Source: Eledone cirrhosa
Lineage: Eukaryota
NCBI GenBank assembly: GCA_964016885.1
Contig: CAXHJY010001319.1
Span: 1-54,394, forward strand
Reading direction: 5' to 3'
Length of the DNA: 54,394 nt
Shown: piece after piece, positions 15,660 through 28,043 of the stretch
Numbering within the stretch: the stretch's first letter is position 1
Layout of the letters: every line of letters starts with the position of its first letter
The notes under the pieces: generated by a model
Seen by the model: the letters and a program-made list of their open reading frames with translations, nothing else
What the model was told of the DNA's origin: nothing
The model's database searches: none
Program-made: the position numbers and the translations under genes

Positions 15660-17760
15660 AGCCACCTAACCGAGTCCTATTTCAACAACTCCCACTTGGA
15701 AGCGGAAGTGAAGGTGAGAAATTTTACAACCTTTTGGCATGGATTGTGCCAACAGAAGAAAGGGTGGAACTGCCATTTTCCTGCATGATTCTTTTATGGC
15801 AGATGGAAATAACATACTTCTCAATGGCTACTATGAATCAGTTTCTGTGCAAAACAAAGACAATGATTTGACAGAAGTTGGGCTCTGTGATCAACCCCAA
15901 ATGCTTCTCCTGTGCTTCAAAGAATGCCCCAACAGCATTATTTTATACAGCATTACCCTTCTGGTAACATAAAAATGATGGTAGACTTATGTTGATTGGT
16001 TTTCAAATAGCTTGAAACTAAGTATTTCCATCTCAACTAATGATAAAGCAACAGTAAGTCACTTTTCGACTTTAAGGATGAGTTTTTACTGTCCCAACTT
16101 GTGCTTGAATGAACAAGATATCTCAAAAACACTTTGGAACTAGTATTTATTTAGTAACCACATTTTAGTGGAGAAAACTCTTCAATCAAACCATGCCATG
16201 GTTCTCTATAACCTGAGATTCCATTAGTCAAAAGTTAAACCCAAAGACCTCTTTCTAGCCGATCTATTTGATAACATGGATCTTCATAATGCAAACACTA
16301 ATGATCTTTCATACATTGACTTATCTTTCATACACTTCCTCCAAAATTAAAATATCTTAGCAGATATTTGTAGACACTGTTACAAATATATGTGCAAAAC
16401 ATACCCATCAAGATCTGTGAACAGAATTAAGTACAGAATCCCTAAAAATAGAAACTCTATTATCAGAAAAATAAGAATTAACCAAAAAAGTCAACAAACT
16501 AAAATACAGCAATACACACATTCGACTGCTATTGCACTACGCGAATAAAAAAAAATATAATCTCTAAAAGTACATGATGGCCATCATCTATAACCAAAGA
16601 ACAGCTAAGGAGGAGTGAGCCATTGAGAAAATCAAATATAATCCCAAAGTGTGCTTTTCATTTGCCAAAAAAACATACGGTCACTGTCTCCATTGTTGGC
16701 CTTCTGATTGATGAAATAACGCTCTCTACAATGATGTTAAAACCATAGGTGAGTTACTGCTGTGATTTCAGCAATCCTGATATGGCTGATCTGGACTGTA
16801 TCAATGATGTTAACCCACAACACACTTTATCTGACATAGAGTTTGGTGCTCCTGTTATCTTAGTGGCAATAAACAGAATTAAATACAACTCAGCAGTAGG
16901 CCTTGATAGATTCCCTGCCAGTGTCCTGTCAACACCAACTTGCATCTCCACTAGCTAATCTATGGAGGAACTCACTGGAAGTTGGCTATACTCCTGAAAA
17001 TGTTATGTCCTAGTCTGTCATTCCAGTTTTCAAAAAAGGAAACAAGTCCCTTGCACTGAATTACTGTCTGATCTCTTATCATTAAGTTATTTGAGAGGAT
17101 GGTGACATCATGAACAACCCATTCCCTCGAAAGCAATAATATTGCTGAACTCTAACCAGCATGGATTCCATAATGGCAGGGCTGCCTAACACAGCTTCTG
17201 CATCACTTTGATGACATCCTAAAAGCTTTGAGAGAAGGCTCCTACACTGATGTAATATACCTTGATTTCAGCAAGGTCTTTGAACTAATCCACTTTGGAA
17301 AAGAGGAAGCATTGAAGTTAACATATTCTCTTCCTTCAAGTGAAACCCTTATGGCATCCAATTGCACCAGAGACCTTGGAGTAATTGTTGATAGCAACTT
17401 AACCCTTTAACATTTAAACCAGCCATATCCGGCCAGAATTCTCTCACCCCTCTCTGTTCAAACTGGCTGTAACTGGCTGCTCATACTGATGTTAAGGTAT
17501 TGTTCTCAATATAAAAAATATCAAAATCTTGTAGATTCGATATTATGTGAGATACTTATGTAAGATAAAGTCTTTACCACAAAAATACAATAATATATAT
17601 AGAGTAATGTAAATGCTAAAGGATTAACCTTACAAATATTCATGTAAATAACAAAGTTAACATGGTCTGCGGGATATGTTCTTAGAACTTTCTGGTTTAG
17701 AGATATCCACATATCATCATTCTCTTCTCCACCTTTTCCCAGCCCCACCATGAATACTGT
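15660..17760 (+). mobile_element. Highly degenerate CR1/L2-like LINE
   Basis: Remnants of SAVGLDRFPA, VIPVFKKG, NQHGF, DVIYLDFSKVF, RDLGVIVDSNL and HHEYC. Most of the RT core is deleted at about 17280 and a MITE interrupts it. Confidence 0.75.
17403..17623. mobile_element. piggyBac-like MITE with TTAA target-site duplication
   Basis: TTAA|ccctttaacattt ... aaatgctaaagga|TTAA; second copy at 8604-8799. Confidence 0.75.
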
Positions 17761-18302
17761 TAGTGCAACCACCAATTAAATATAACCAACCAAGCTCACA
17801 CTATATGCAAATGACCACTTCCAGCTGATGTTTTGTATTTTGCTATATGCAAAGAGCATTTTCAGTAAGTGATCATAACACAAAATTCTATATAGACTAT
17901 AGTTTATTTCATGCCAGTACGTTTTGATGAGTGTCAATGATGAAATCCAGTGCAATGCGAAGGGCAAATGATGACAAATAAAAAATTAATTAATTAAAAA
18001 AAGTAATGTTTTACCATTGTCTTGCAGGAATTCCCAATTTTTCTCTATGCTATTTGTCCCCATCTCTTCCTTATTGTCATAAATTTCCTGTACGATTTCT
18101 CTGAATTTGTTACTAGCTGAGGGTTCTTTCAGTTTTCAAGTCCTCCTTCTCCAGATAGGCTTGCATCCCTTGGTCTGTTTAGCCCTTACTCTAAAGTCAT
18201 TGATAGTTATTCTATGTTAGAAGGTTCATTCTTTCCCAAGGAAGGACTTGAAATTTACAGCCATTCTCTTATATTTTCCGGCTGAAAATGAAGTGTATTT
18301 GG

Positions 18303-18412
18303 TTTGTATCTTCTTCTGATTGGAAAGGTAATCAGGTGGCTGACTGTTTTCCTGAAGTTTGTATCTTCTTCTGATTGGAAAGGTAATCAGGTGGCTGACT
18401 GTTTTCCTGAAG
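18303..18412. repeat. Exact 55-bp tandem duplication
   Basis: tttgtatcttcttctgattggaaaggtaatcaggtggctgactgttttcctgaag occurs twice. Confidence 0.9.
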
Positions 18413-18593
18413 TTTGTACAGCAGTTTATTAGGTTGTCATTGCTTAACATCTGTTTTCCCTATTATTATGGGTTTGACATGTCACAGACTGTATTTTATC
18501 GTAACACCAACACAAGGGAAGGTGTCATGGCCTTGGCATAGCTGGGGAGTTTTCCTGACCCTTTATATATGTGTTTTATATATATATATATAT

Positions 18594-19050
18594 ACTAGAA
18601 TGTTTTTCAACACACTGACGTGTGTATGAGTATATTATTATAAACACCCAACATACATTCTCACAAACACATACACATACACTCTCACACAAGTGTAATG
18701 AATGTTAGATGCTGTTTTCTGTAGTTTGTCATCACCCTTTCCTCAGTCATCTCTAGTGCGTGACGTCATCACCCCTTCCTTCCCCAACCATCTCTTGTGT
18801 GACGTCACCACCCCTTCATCACCCTTCAATCATCTTTCATCACCTCTTTCTTCCTCAGTCATCTCTAGTGCATGACGTCATCACCCCTTCCATAATCATC
18901 TCTAGTGTATGTCATCATCACCTCTTCCTTTGATCATCTCTAGTGCATGATGTCATCACCCCTTCCTTTCTTGATCATCTCTACTGCATGACATTATCAC
19001 CCCATTTTTCCTCAATCATCTCTGTCACTCAAATTTTATATATATATATG
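18594..19050 (-). mobile_element. Probable non-autonomous Helitron with an internal ~37-bp minisatellite
   Basis: Minus strand ends acacacgtcagtgtgt (hairpin) ...CTAG|T; tandem tcatctctagtgcgtgacgtcatcaccccttcc units at 18727-19025. Confidence 0.55.
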
Positions 19051-19238
19051 TAGGAGGTGAGTTTTATTGTAGCACAATAAAGCAATGCAAATATCGGATA
19101 AGTAGCATTCAACAGTTTATAAGACTGGAGTATAAATAATATAAAATCAAAAGATGGTTAAAATAGTTCCATGTATTTTATATGTTGATTTAATACTTCA
19201 CTGCTCGCAAGTGTTTTTTAAGCTTCATATGTCTCCCT

Positions 19239-19304
19239 ATTTTATCTGATGAGAACACAAATATCATCCCATGATATTTGTTTTTGAAATGCGCATAATA
19301 AAAT
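19239..19304 (+). ncRNA. Minimal type I hammerhead ribozyme
   Basis: ATTTTAT-CTGATGA-GAACACAAATATCAT(CCC)ATGATATTTGTTTTT-GAAA-TGCGCA-TA-ATAAAAT: 7-bp stem I, 14/15-bp stem II, palindromic stem III. Confidence 0.85.
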
Positions 19305-19677
19305 TCATGGAACTCTTTTAACCATCTTTTGATTTTATATTATATATATATATATCATCATTGGATCTCTTTGATCTCATACCTACTGATGCAGATGTTA
19401 CCTGGAAGACTTTTATCGGGTCAAGTGTAAAATGTATGACGAAAATTGTAAATAACATCGAAAGACTTGAAATTTGCCACATTAAGTTTCTTTGGTGCTT
19501 TAACACCAAAAGCTAGACACTCTGATTATAGTTTGGCTCTGACTAATCGATGGTCACTCCAGCACTCTGCTTCTCTCATTGTGTACATACTACATACATC
19601 TTTTACATCACATTTATAAAACTAAAATATAATCAATAAGATGGCCTTGGGTGCATCCAAGTTGTCTTATATTTATC

Positions 19678-19915
19678 TCACTGCTGAAAGAAAGTGTTTA
19701 TTACAAGTTGAGGTTCAGTGCAAAAAGTAAGGAGTGAAACACTATTTCGGTTACATTTTCCAACACCATGTTTACCCAAAGCAAGCCATGTTATGAAATC
19801 AGTTCCAACCCTCGAGTTGAAGTAATCCATAATTACCAGCTTATCAGCAGCTGGTGCATTTCTCACTAATTCTCCAGGTTTGTTGTAGAATTGTTCAATA
19901 TGTTCAATGTTTTTA
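19678..19915 (-). mobile_element. RTE-type endonuclease fragment
   Basis: DKLVIMDYFNSRVG...LGKHGVGKCNRN..LLTFC...LVINTFFQ. Confidence 0.75.
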
Positions 19916-20810
19916 GAGGTATTTCTCTATTGTCTGTAGTTGGTAAAGTTCTAGCACGTGTCCTTTTGGAACAGCTTAATAAGTTCATAGTGCCATGTGT
20001 CGTATCAGAATCACAATGTTGTTTTCATGTGAAAAGAAGGCACTAATGATATGATCTTCACAGCCACACAACTGCAGGAAAAATGTATTGAACAGAACCT
20101 CTCTACTCTCTACCATTGTTTTGTTGATTTCAGTAAAGCATTTGATACTTATGGTTAGATTTGTCTAAATTTGGATGGCCTCAAAAGTTTGGAAATTATT
20201 GAAAGCTCTTCATAAAGGCATGAAAGCCAGAGTTAATGTTCTTTGAGCCTTTTGCAGTGGAAATTGATGTGAAACGGAAATCTTGATGCACCCACTCTCT
20301 TTGCAATATATTGTGCTGTTATGCTCTATCATGCTTTCCAAAACAACAATTAAGGTATCGTACCGTAGGAAATATCTTTAATTTAGCAGGAATAAGAGCA
20401 AAGTGTTCACCTCACTAATAAAAGACCTACTGTATACTGATGACTGTGACCTTGTCAGTCATACTGAACATGGATTGCAATAGTTGATTCAGCATGTGCT
20501 ATCTTTTGTTTGACTATAAATTTAAAGAAAACAGTAGTTTTATGTCAACCTGCACCTGGTCACGTGCAACAACCTAAAATATACATGAAAGGTAATCTTA
20601 AGGCTGTTGAATCCTTCATATACCTTGAGAGTGCAGTGAATATAGATGGAATATTGGATTCAGAAATATCTCTAAGGATTCAAAATAATGAAACAAAAAT
20701 ATCTGTTTATAAATCCTTTGTGTTGTACTCCCTTCTGAAACTTGGACGTGTTACAAATATCACTTTAAACTCCTTACATTAAAAATGCTTATGCTGTATT
20801 CTGACAATAA
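19916..20810 (+). mobile_element. Degenerate RTE (BovB-like) RT fragment
   Basis: RGISLLSVVGKVLARV, ESQC, DMIFTATQLQEKC, FVDFSKAFD, DLLYTDDC, LTINLKKTVVL. Confidence 0.8.
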
Positions 20811-21094
20811 AATAGAATTCATTCATTTGCAACTCTGGTACTTGTTCCATCTATCAATAATTTTGAAAAACCAACTGTTCTGTACATATTGTCCATGTGG
20901 CTGACAGTCCAGCCTCTTACAGGTAGATTTTGCCACAAACTACAAGTAGAAAATGTTCCATTAATTTCATATTCCGTCTTGGTAGAGGGATCCACTGCGA
21001 GACTTTCCAGGTTTTGGGAGTCTTCCCTAATATCCGACAACCACACACACACACCACACACACACACACACGCACACACACACACACGCGCGCG

Positions 21095-21183
<89 letters not shown>

Positions 21184-21599
21184 ATGCAAAACCAAACAAT
21201 ACACTAATCAAGACAAATACGACATTAACACACACTGAAATAAAAAATAAACATTGCAACTTTGATTTCACCCCCATACCGTGAACCTGAATCTCTTTAT
21301 CTTCACCATTGCTGTTGTCATCGCTGTCATCATCATCATCATCATCATCAAAGATCTTAAATCTTTCAATATTAGCCTTATCCACCACATTGGCTAAAAA
21401 TCACAGAATGCACACACCACACAAACACCTAAAAAAAAAAACACATACATTCAGTACCACCATACCACACACACAACTATACATCCCCTATACGGGGTGG
21501 GGGTGGGATTAATATATTAATCAAAGTTTCGACAGTAATTGTTTTACTACACACATGCGGGTCTGAGAAATGTCCCATATCGGTGACTGGTGCAAATAA

Positions 21600-22925
21600 A
21601 ACCACCAAATAGAGAAGGTATTCTCTGGCTAACTCATGTGTGCCAGTTGGCTTAGATCTCTAGAAAGGCACCTAAGCAATGACAATCAGGAGTGATAATC
21701 CCAATTTTCAAAAAGGGAGACAAGAGGAATCCCCTTGTTAAGCCTCCCCTGGTAAAGTCTATGCTAAGTATCTGGCAAAGAGGCATAGGGATATTGTTGA
21801 GTCCAAGCTAGCTGATGAACAGTGTGGTTTTTGCTCTGGATGCAGCACAACCAACCAAATATTCACACTGCAGCAGGTCTTCAAGAAGTCCCAGGAGTAC
21901 TGCCAAGAGATGTATGCTTGTTTCCTAGACCTCAAACAGGTATATGACTGCGTTCCACAGGAGCTGCAGGAGTATGGGATCGATGGATAGCTAGTTGCCC
22001 TGATGTCTCTATACGAATGCCTTTGTATTTGTGTTAAATGGTGCTAAGTTAAAACCAATCAATGTGGGTGTTGGACTCTGTCAAGGGTGTGTATAATCAC
22101 CTCTCTTGTTCATAATTTTCATGAACAAGATTGACATGCATAGCTAGGTTGGAAGTGGTATCAAGATTGGTAGGTGTAGGATCAGTTGGGTGAAAATTGC
22201 AGAAGACATGGTATTACTTAACTCATCAGAAGGGGATCTCTAACATGCACTTGATAAATTTGCTGCCAAGTGTTGCACAGCTGGAATAAAAATTAGTTCT
22301 GTGAAGACTGAGTCACTCATCATCTCAAAGAAGTCTGCGCAGAGCACTGGTGGAAAAGTATCTCAGGTCCATGTTCATGAGTGATGGAAGGCAGGGGGAA
22401 GAATTAAGTGCAAAAATTTCTTGAGCTGGTGCAGTAATGCACCAGCTTTCAGCATTTGGTAATCAGAAGAAGGGAGGTAGGTGTAAAAGCCAAACTTGCT
22501 ACCATGCCAACCCTTACCTTTGGTCATGTAACTTGGATAATAACCAAAAAAAATGATCGTGAATACAACTGGTCGAAATGGGGTTCCTCCAAAGGATCTT
22601 TCAAGTAATGTTACTCAATAGAGGGCATAGCTTGGAGATCCTGGAGTCAGTCAAGGTAGAGCTGCTACTTCTCCGAATTGAAAGATCACAGCTTTGATAT
22701 TATGTACGTGGTCAGAATGTCTCAGCAAAGAATCGCAGGACAGATTTTATGAGCCAGTTAACAGGAGACCCAGTGGTAGACCCCAAGCATAAGGGTTGGA
22801 TAACATCCATGACCTTGGCTGGTCTTGCTTGGGGATCCAGGCAAATCAGTTGGAGACAATTGCCTCTGACAGGACCTGCTGGAAGGCGTGCTTGAGGTCT
22901 TTGCCCCCACGACCCTACCAGGAAT
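21600..22925 (+). mobile_element. Degenerate RTE-like LINE RT/3' region (third subfamily)
   Basis: IIPIFKKGD, LLSLPGKVYAK, EQCGF, STTNQIFTLQQ, CFLDLKQVYD, QGCVISPLLF. Confidence 0.8.
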
Positions 22926-23570
22926 AAGTCAGAAAAGTTGCACACAGGCAGATTCTTTGAGACTTTGAGTCACTTGAGTTGAGATGAATACCAAGCAAGC
23001 TACCATAAAAATAACTAAAAAAACTTGGCATACACCCATGACATTATATATTTTGTCCATTGCCTCTCCCATTCTACCTCGCCCCCTATATATCTGGCTT
23101 GAGGCAAGCCATCATTGCCGTCCTATAGAGTACAACCTCCTGTTGCCAAAATATCATACACCAAGTTCACCCTGTAAAGTGAGTGGTGTTAGGACGCATG
23201 TCTAATCAGAAACCTTAGCAAGAAGGGTTGAGAGGACACAAGACACAATATGAGAACCTTCCTAGTGCTTGAACCATGAAAAATGTGGTTGGTGGTGTTA
23301 AGGGCACCCAACCATAAAAATACTCGCAAAGCAAAGGGTCTACCACATGGTAACCTTCTTAGTGATGGTGCCATAATGAAATGCACTCACTATACTCTGT
23401 AAAGTGCAGGAATGTGAGATGTGGCTTGCAGCTTATCCGAGACGTCAGTAGCTTCAGTTAAGTACTGACTGTGTCTGTGTTGACCTGTCAATCATTGCTA
23501 GCAAGGAAAACAGATGTTGAATGATATTATATATATCAACAAATACTGTGTTGTTTATTACATAATTAAA

Positions 23571-24090
23571 TAACAGAGAAGACCCGCCTCACCTAAATAC
23601 AAAGTAAAACCTACTAGTCAGTAGGCATCTCTAACAAAATACACCCCCGTCCCACCCCATCCACACCGCCCCCTTCAATGCAAAGTTATGTTGGTGCCAC
23701 AACATCCAGGCCGAAACAAACGAGATCGTGTAGGTGTCACGACAAAAAAACACACAGTCCACGCTGTAATGTGACCGTGTAGGCAACACGGTAAAAACCT
23801 CCCAGTCCCACACTGTAAATGTGGTTGGTGTTAGGAAGGGCATCCAGCTGTAGAAAACACGCCAGACAGTCCACGCTGTAATGTGGCCGTGTAGGCAACA
23901 CGGTAAAAACCTCCCAGCCCCACACTGTAAATGTGGTTGGTGTTAGGAAGGGCATCCAGCTGTAGAAAACTCGCCAGACAGTCCTATGCGAGCAAGACAA
24001 CCACTCTTGCCTCAAGTGGGAAAACCCCCGTCCAAACCCATGCAAGCGTGGAACAGGGACGTTAAACGATGATGATGATGATGATGATGA
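23571..24090 (+). mobile_element. RTE-type LINE 3' tail with an internal ~110-bp duplication
   Basis: Same family as 1400-1787; the cagtccacgctgtaatgtg...tagaaaac unit is repeated. Confidence 0.78.
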
Positions 24091-24959
24091 TATATATTTA
24101 ATTATGTAATAAACAACACAGTATTTGTTCATCAGATGAACGAAATAGACGTTTCTGTTAGAATCGTCTAACTTCGTGAAACCTTGGGGAATGGAATAAT
24201 TATATTGTGTTGTTTATAACATAATTAAATAGCTCTGTACTACACGTAGAGCACTCTTCTTTCCTTTACCTTTTCTACGGAAATACATAACATATGTAGA
24301 AAAGGCACACATGAGGCTTCAATTTAAACCTAGATTTATTTATAGTTCCACTGTGGCACTTATAGAAGACACTGGTGACTCAGAGCCTATATCTTTTGTT
24401 ACCTTTATTAGAGTTTGGCTGAAAATATGTCATTGTAACCCATAATTCAATACACCTGTGTATACCTATTTATCTATGCTAATTACCAGGTCGCTCATTT
24501 GTCTTTAAACGTGCCCTCCAAAGCACAACATCCACCATCATATGCATATATATATATGTGTATGTATCTGTGTGTGTGTATGAATGAATGATGTGTATAT
24601 CATTCATCATCATTTCATCATTTCATTTTACGTCCGCTTTTTCCCTGCTTGCAAGGGTGGGACGGGAACTGATTCTGGCTTGATTTCTACAGCTGGATGC
24701 CCTTCCTAACACCAACCTCTCCTAACGTATACATATCATCACCATTTAACGTCCACTTTTTCACGCTGGTATGGGTTAAACGAGTTATCCTGTTGTGAGC
24801 AATCCCAGGTTAGGTGACCATGTCTTGCTCATACAGAACTGATATATATATATATATATATAGGGATTGTAATATCCAGTTACTGTAGGTTCACCAAAGT
24901 GAGCACTCAATGCGTGGTTACCAGTAGGTATATTGGTGTTGTACTAAGCAGAGTGTAGT

Positions 24960-25075
24960 AATAATAATTGTTTCTACTTTTGGCACAAGGCCAGCAATTA
25001 TCCCAGTGTATTAGTGATGCTTTATTTTATCGACCCCGTAAGGATGAAAGGTAAAGTTAACCTCGGTGGGATGAG
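24960..25075 (-). mobile_element. Second SINE family, 3' part
   Basis: Reverse complement of 37845-37952. Confidence 0.75.
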
Positions 25076-25239
25076 GTGTTAGATTTTCATTGAGGTGTGA
25101 CATGCATTTCGTGATTGATCATCTCAAGGCTTGATCTGTATTGATCAGGCCCAACTCTGGAATCAAAAGCTTGTCGAGTTTCTATTTTAATCGGATTTTA
25201 GTCTTCACATTTATTATTATTACTATATAAATATATATA

Positions 25240-26050
25240 TTTGTTGTATGGGTGTGAAGCATGGATCACTCACCAACAGCATTTCAAAGTACTTGAAAAA
25301 TTCCACCAAAAGTCCCTTCAGCAGATCCTAGATATTGAATGGGGAAGCATGACACCTGATACTGAAGTTTTACAAAGATCACGGTGCTCTACAATCCATT
25401 CCCTTGTCATTAAGCATCTGATGCACTAGGTAGGTCATCTTGTTTGTATGAATGATATTCCAAAGGAAATCTTTTATGGTGTGCTTGTGCAATACAAAGA
25501 TTATCTTATGTAAAATGTCTGGGTTTAGATATAAATCTTTGGGAAAAGCAAGCTCTTGATTATATTATATGGAAAAAGACAATTAAATTAGGGTGTCAAT
25601 TGTTGGATGAAAAGAAAGAAAGCAAAAGCAAAACTAAAATGGGTACTAAGAAACGGTGAGTTGGTAGGGTTTGAAAATGTTGATTATTGGAAATGCAATT
25701 TCTGCCACTGTGTTCTACTCTCTAAAGGTGCTTTTGTAAACCATATGAAAATGTATGAACAGACAATGACACAGGCAGATTATGTTACAAATCTCCCTGC
25801 ACCTCCAGATGGGACTACTTGTCCATTTGTAACAAGATATGTAAGACAAACTCTGGGTTAAAATGCCATATGACGGTTTATCAACATGAAATTCCACATC
25901 CTGATCCAATAAACCCATTAAAAACACTGGCATACATCAGTTACTTGTGCCAAAGACCTTGTAAATCAGTAGCTGTGTTTGAAAAGTTCACCACTCAGCA
26001 CATTGGAGGGTGTAAACTGGCTGGAGAGATTAAGATGTCTATCATCTGAC
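25240..26050 (+). mobile_element. RTE LINE C-terminal fragment with C2H2-like zinc fingers
   Basis: LLYGCEAW...LEKFHQKSL...W, then CNFC..NHMK, CSIC..LKCHM and CQRPCKS. Confidence 0.72.
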
Positions 26051-26379
26051 AAGCTGAAGCAATTATCATATATCATCATCATCATCATCATCATCGTTTA
26101 ACATCCATCTTTTACACTAGCATGGATTAGAGGGTTTTGTTCCATTCGATGCGGGGAATGGTTGGGAGACCATGCCTCGCTCGCGCGGAAGCGTCTCTGG
26201 CAGGTTATTTACAGCTGGATGCCCTTCCTAACACCAACCACATTTACAGTGTGGACTGGGAGCCTTTTCACCGTGTCTCCTACACGGCCACCGTACAGTG
26301 TGGACTCTTGTATCATCGACACAGTGGACGGAACGGGAGAGGGAGGACGGGGTAGAGGTGTGGGGGTGGGGTGTACATT

Positions 26380-26780
26380 AGGTTAAGAGGTGCTTACTGA
26401 CCGTAGGTTTGTATGCAATGGCGTCAAAGGTCTCATCCAGTGTCATTGTCTTAGAGAGGTGTAGGCGAGCAAGGTCAGTTTTTATCACCTCGTCCCAGGT
26501 TTTTCTTGGTCTACGCACTCTGTAGCTTCCATCAATTTTCATTGCCCTGCACTTTTTTATACAGCTGTCGTCCTTTATACACATCACATGTCCATACCAC
26601 CGCAGTCTCCTCTCCAGAACACATTTGATACCTCATATGCTTAGTCTCCCTCTTAATTTGTTTATGCTTCGCCTTTCGCGCACATTACTATTACACATCC
26701 ATCGGAGCATCCAAATTTCATTTCTTTCTAATATACGCAGGTCTTCAGCACACAAACCCCAAGTCTCACTACCATGTAAT
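26380..26780 (-). mobile_element. RTE-type LINE 3' coding fragment
   Basis: LHGSETW..LRWMC..RRLRWYGHV..RPRKTW. Confidence 0.85.
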
Positions 26781-27002
26781 CTCTCTCTCTCTCTCTCTCT
26801 CTCCCTCTCTCTCTCCCTCTCTCTCTCATCAATTTCATATGTATGAAACAGTTCTAGTCCTGTAGAAGTCATTTCTATATATAATAAAGATTTGTATACT
26901 CTACCAAGATATTGAGTACCTTTTTTAACTGACACAACTCAGGAATCTGCACATATATATGTATTTGTTTACAAAGTTTGTGTGTCTGTATATATATATA
27001 TA

Positions 27003-27042
<40 letters not shown>

Positions 27043-27325
27043 ATCATCCATTTTTCACGTGTTGTCTCATTGTGAGACAAGTCAAATCAGGTGATCATGT
27101 TTTGCTCATACAGAACTGTTTCTCTGTTGCTTTCTATGGCTGGATGCCTATACTAACACCAACCAACCAAACACACACACACATGCACATAAAAATATAT
27201 CTGTATAAATACAGAATGTGTAACCGAGGCTGCACTAATATGTATATAAATATACACATATTTACTATGTAGGCAAGTAAATAGAAAATACAAATTTCTC
27301 TGTAAATTGAAAAAAAAAATGATAA

Positions 27326-27374
27326 ACACCTTTAATCATCTTTCGGACGCAACTGTGCCTTCATCAGAAGGTGT
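27326..27374 (-). ncRNA. Degenerate minimal hammerhead ribozyme
   Basis: ACACCTT-CTGATGA-AGGCAC(AGTT)GCGTCC-GAAA-GATGAT-TA-AAGGTGT; perfect stem I, two mismatches in stem II. Confidence 0.65.
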
Positions 27375-27515
27375 ATATATCATTGAAACAATCGCAAGGA
27401 AACGTATTTGATGGGCTTATATATACCTATTCGCTCTTAATATAATTCTAAAATGGATGTACTAATTTGCATCTGATTAGCGCTTGGGTTGGTAATTAAG
27501 ATATATATTAAGATG

Positions 27516-27853
27516 GAAGCACATGGCTTAGTGGTTAGAGCATTGGCCTTGCAATCGAAATGTTGCGAGTTCAATTCTCAGACTGGGTGATGTGTTGTTT
27601 CCTTGAGCAAGACACTTTATTTCACATTGCTCCAGTTTACTCAGCTGTAGAAATGAGATGATAGGGACTGAGGTTCCAGTCCCTATCATTCCACTGCAAA
27701 GTGGTCGTGGAAGTGCCACGGCAAAAAAAGCACCCAGCACTCACTGTAAATGAGGTTGGTGTTAGGAAGGGCATCCAGCTGTAGAAATCAAGCCATAATC
27801 GGTTCCCGTCCCACCCTTGCAAGCAGGGAAAAGCGGACATAAAATGATGATGA
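27516..27853 (+). mobile_element. tRNA-derived SINE
   Basis: Same family as 4959-5297. Confidence 0.88.
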
Positions 27854-28043
27854 TTAAGAAGTGTGCTAGCATGTGCTAATGCTCATGATTTCTGTTAAGG
27901 GGGCTTATATGCCCAATTATTTATATATTTTTTTCTTTTTCTGGTAATCAGTTATTGTATTTGTCCATTAAGTTAACACTAATTTCTTAATGACAATAAT
28001 TAAAAAATGTTTTTCTTCTTTCAATCTTTTTTGTTTTATTTAG

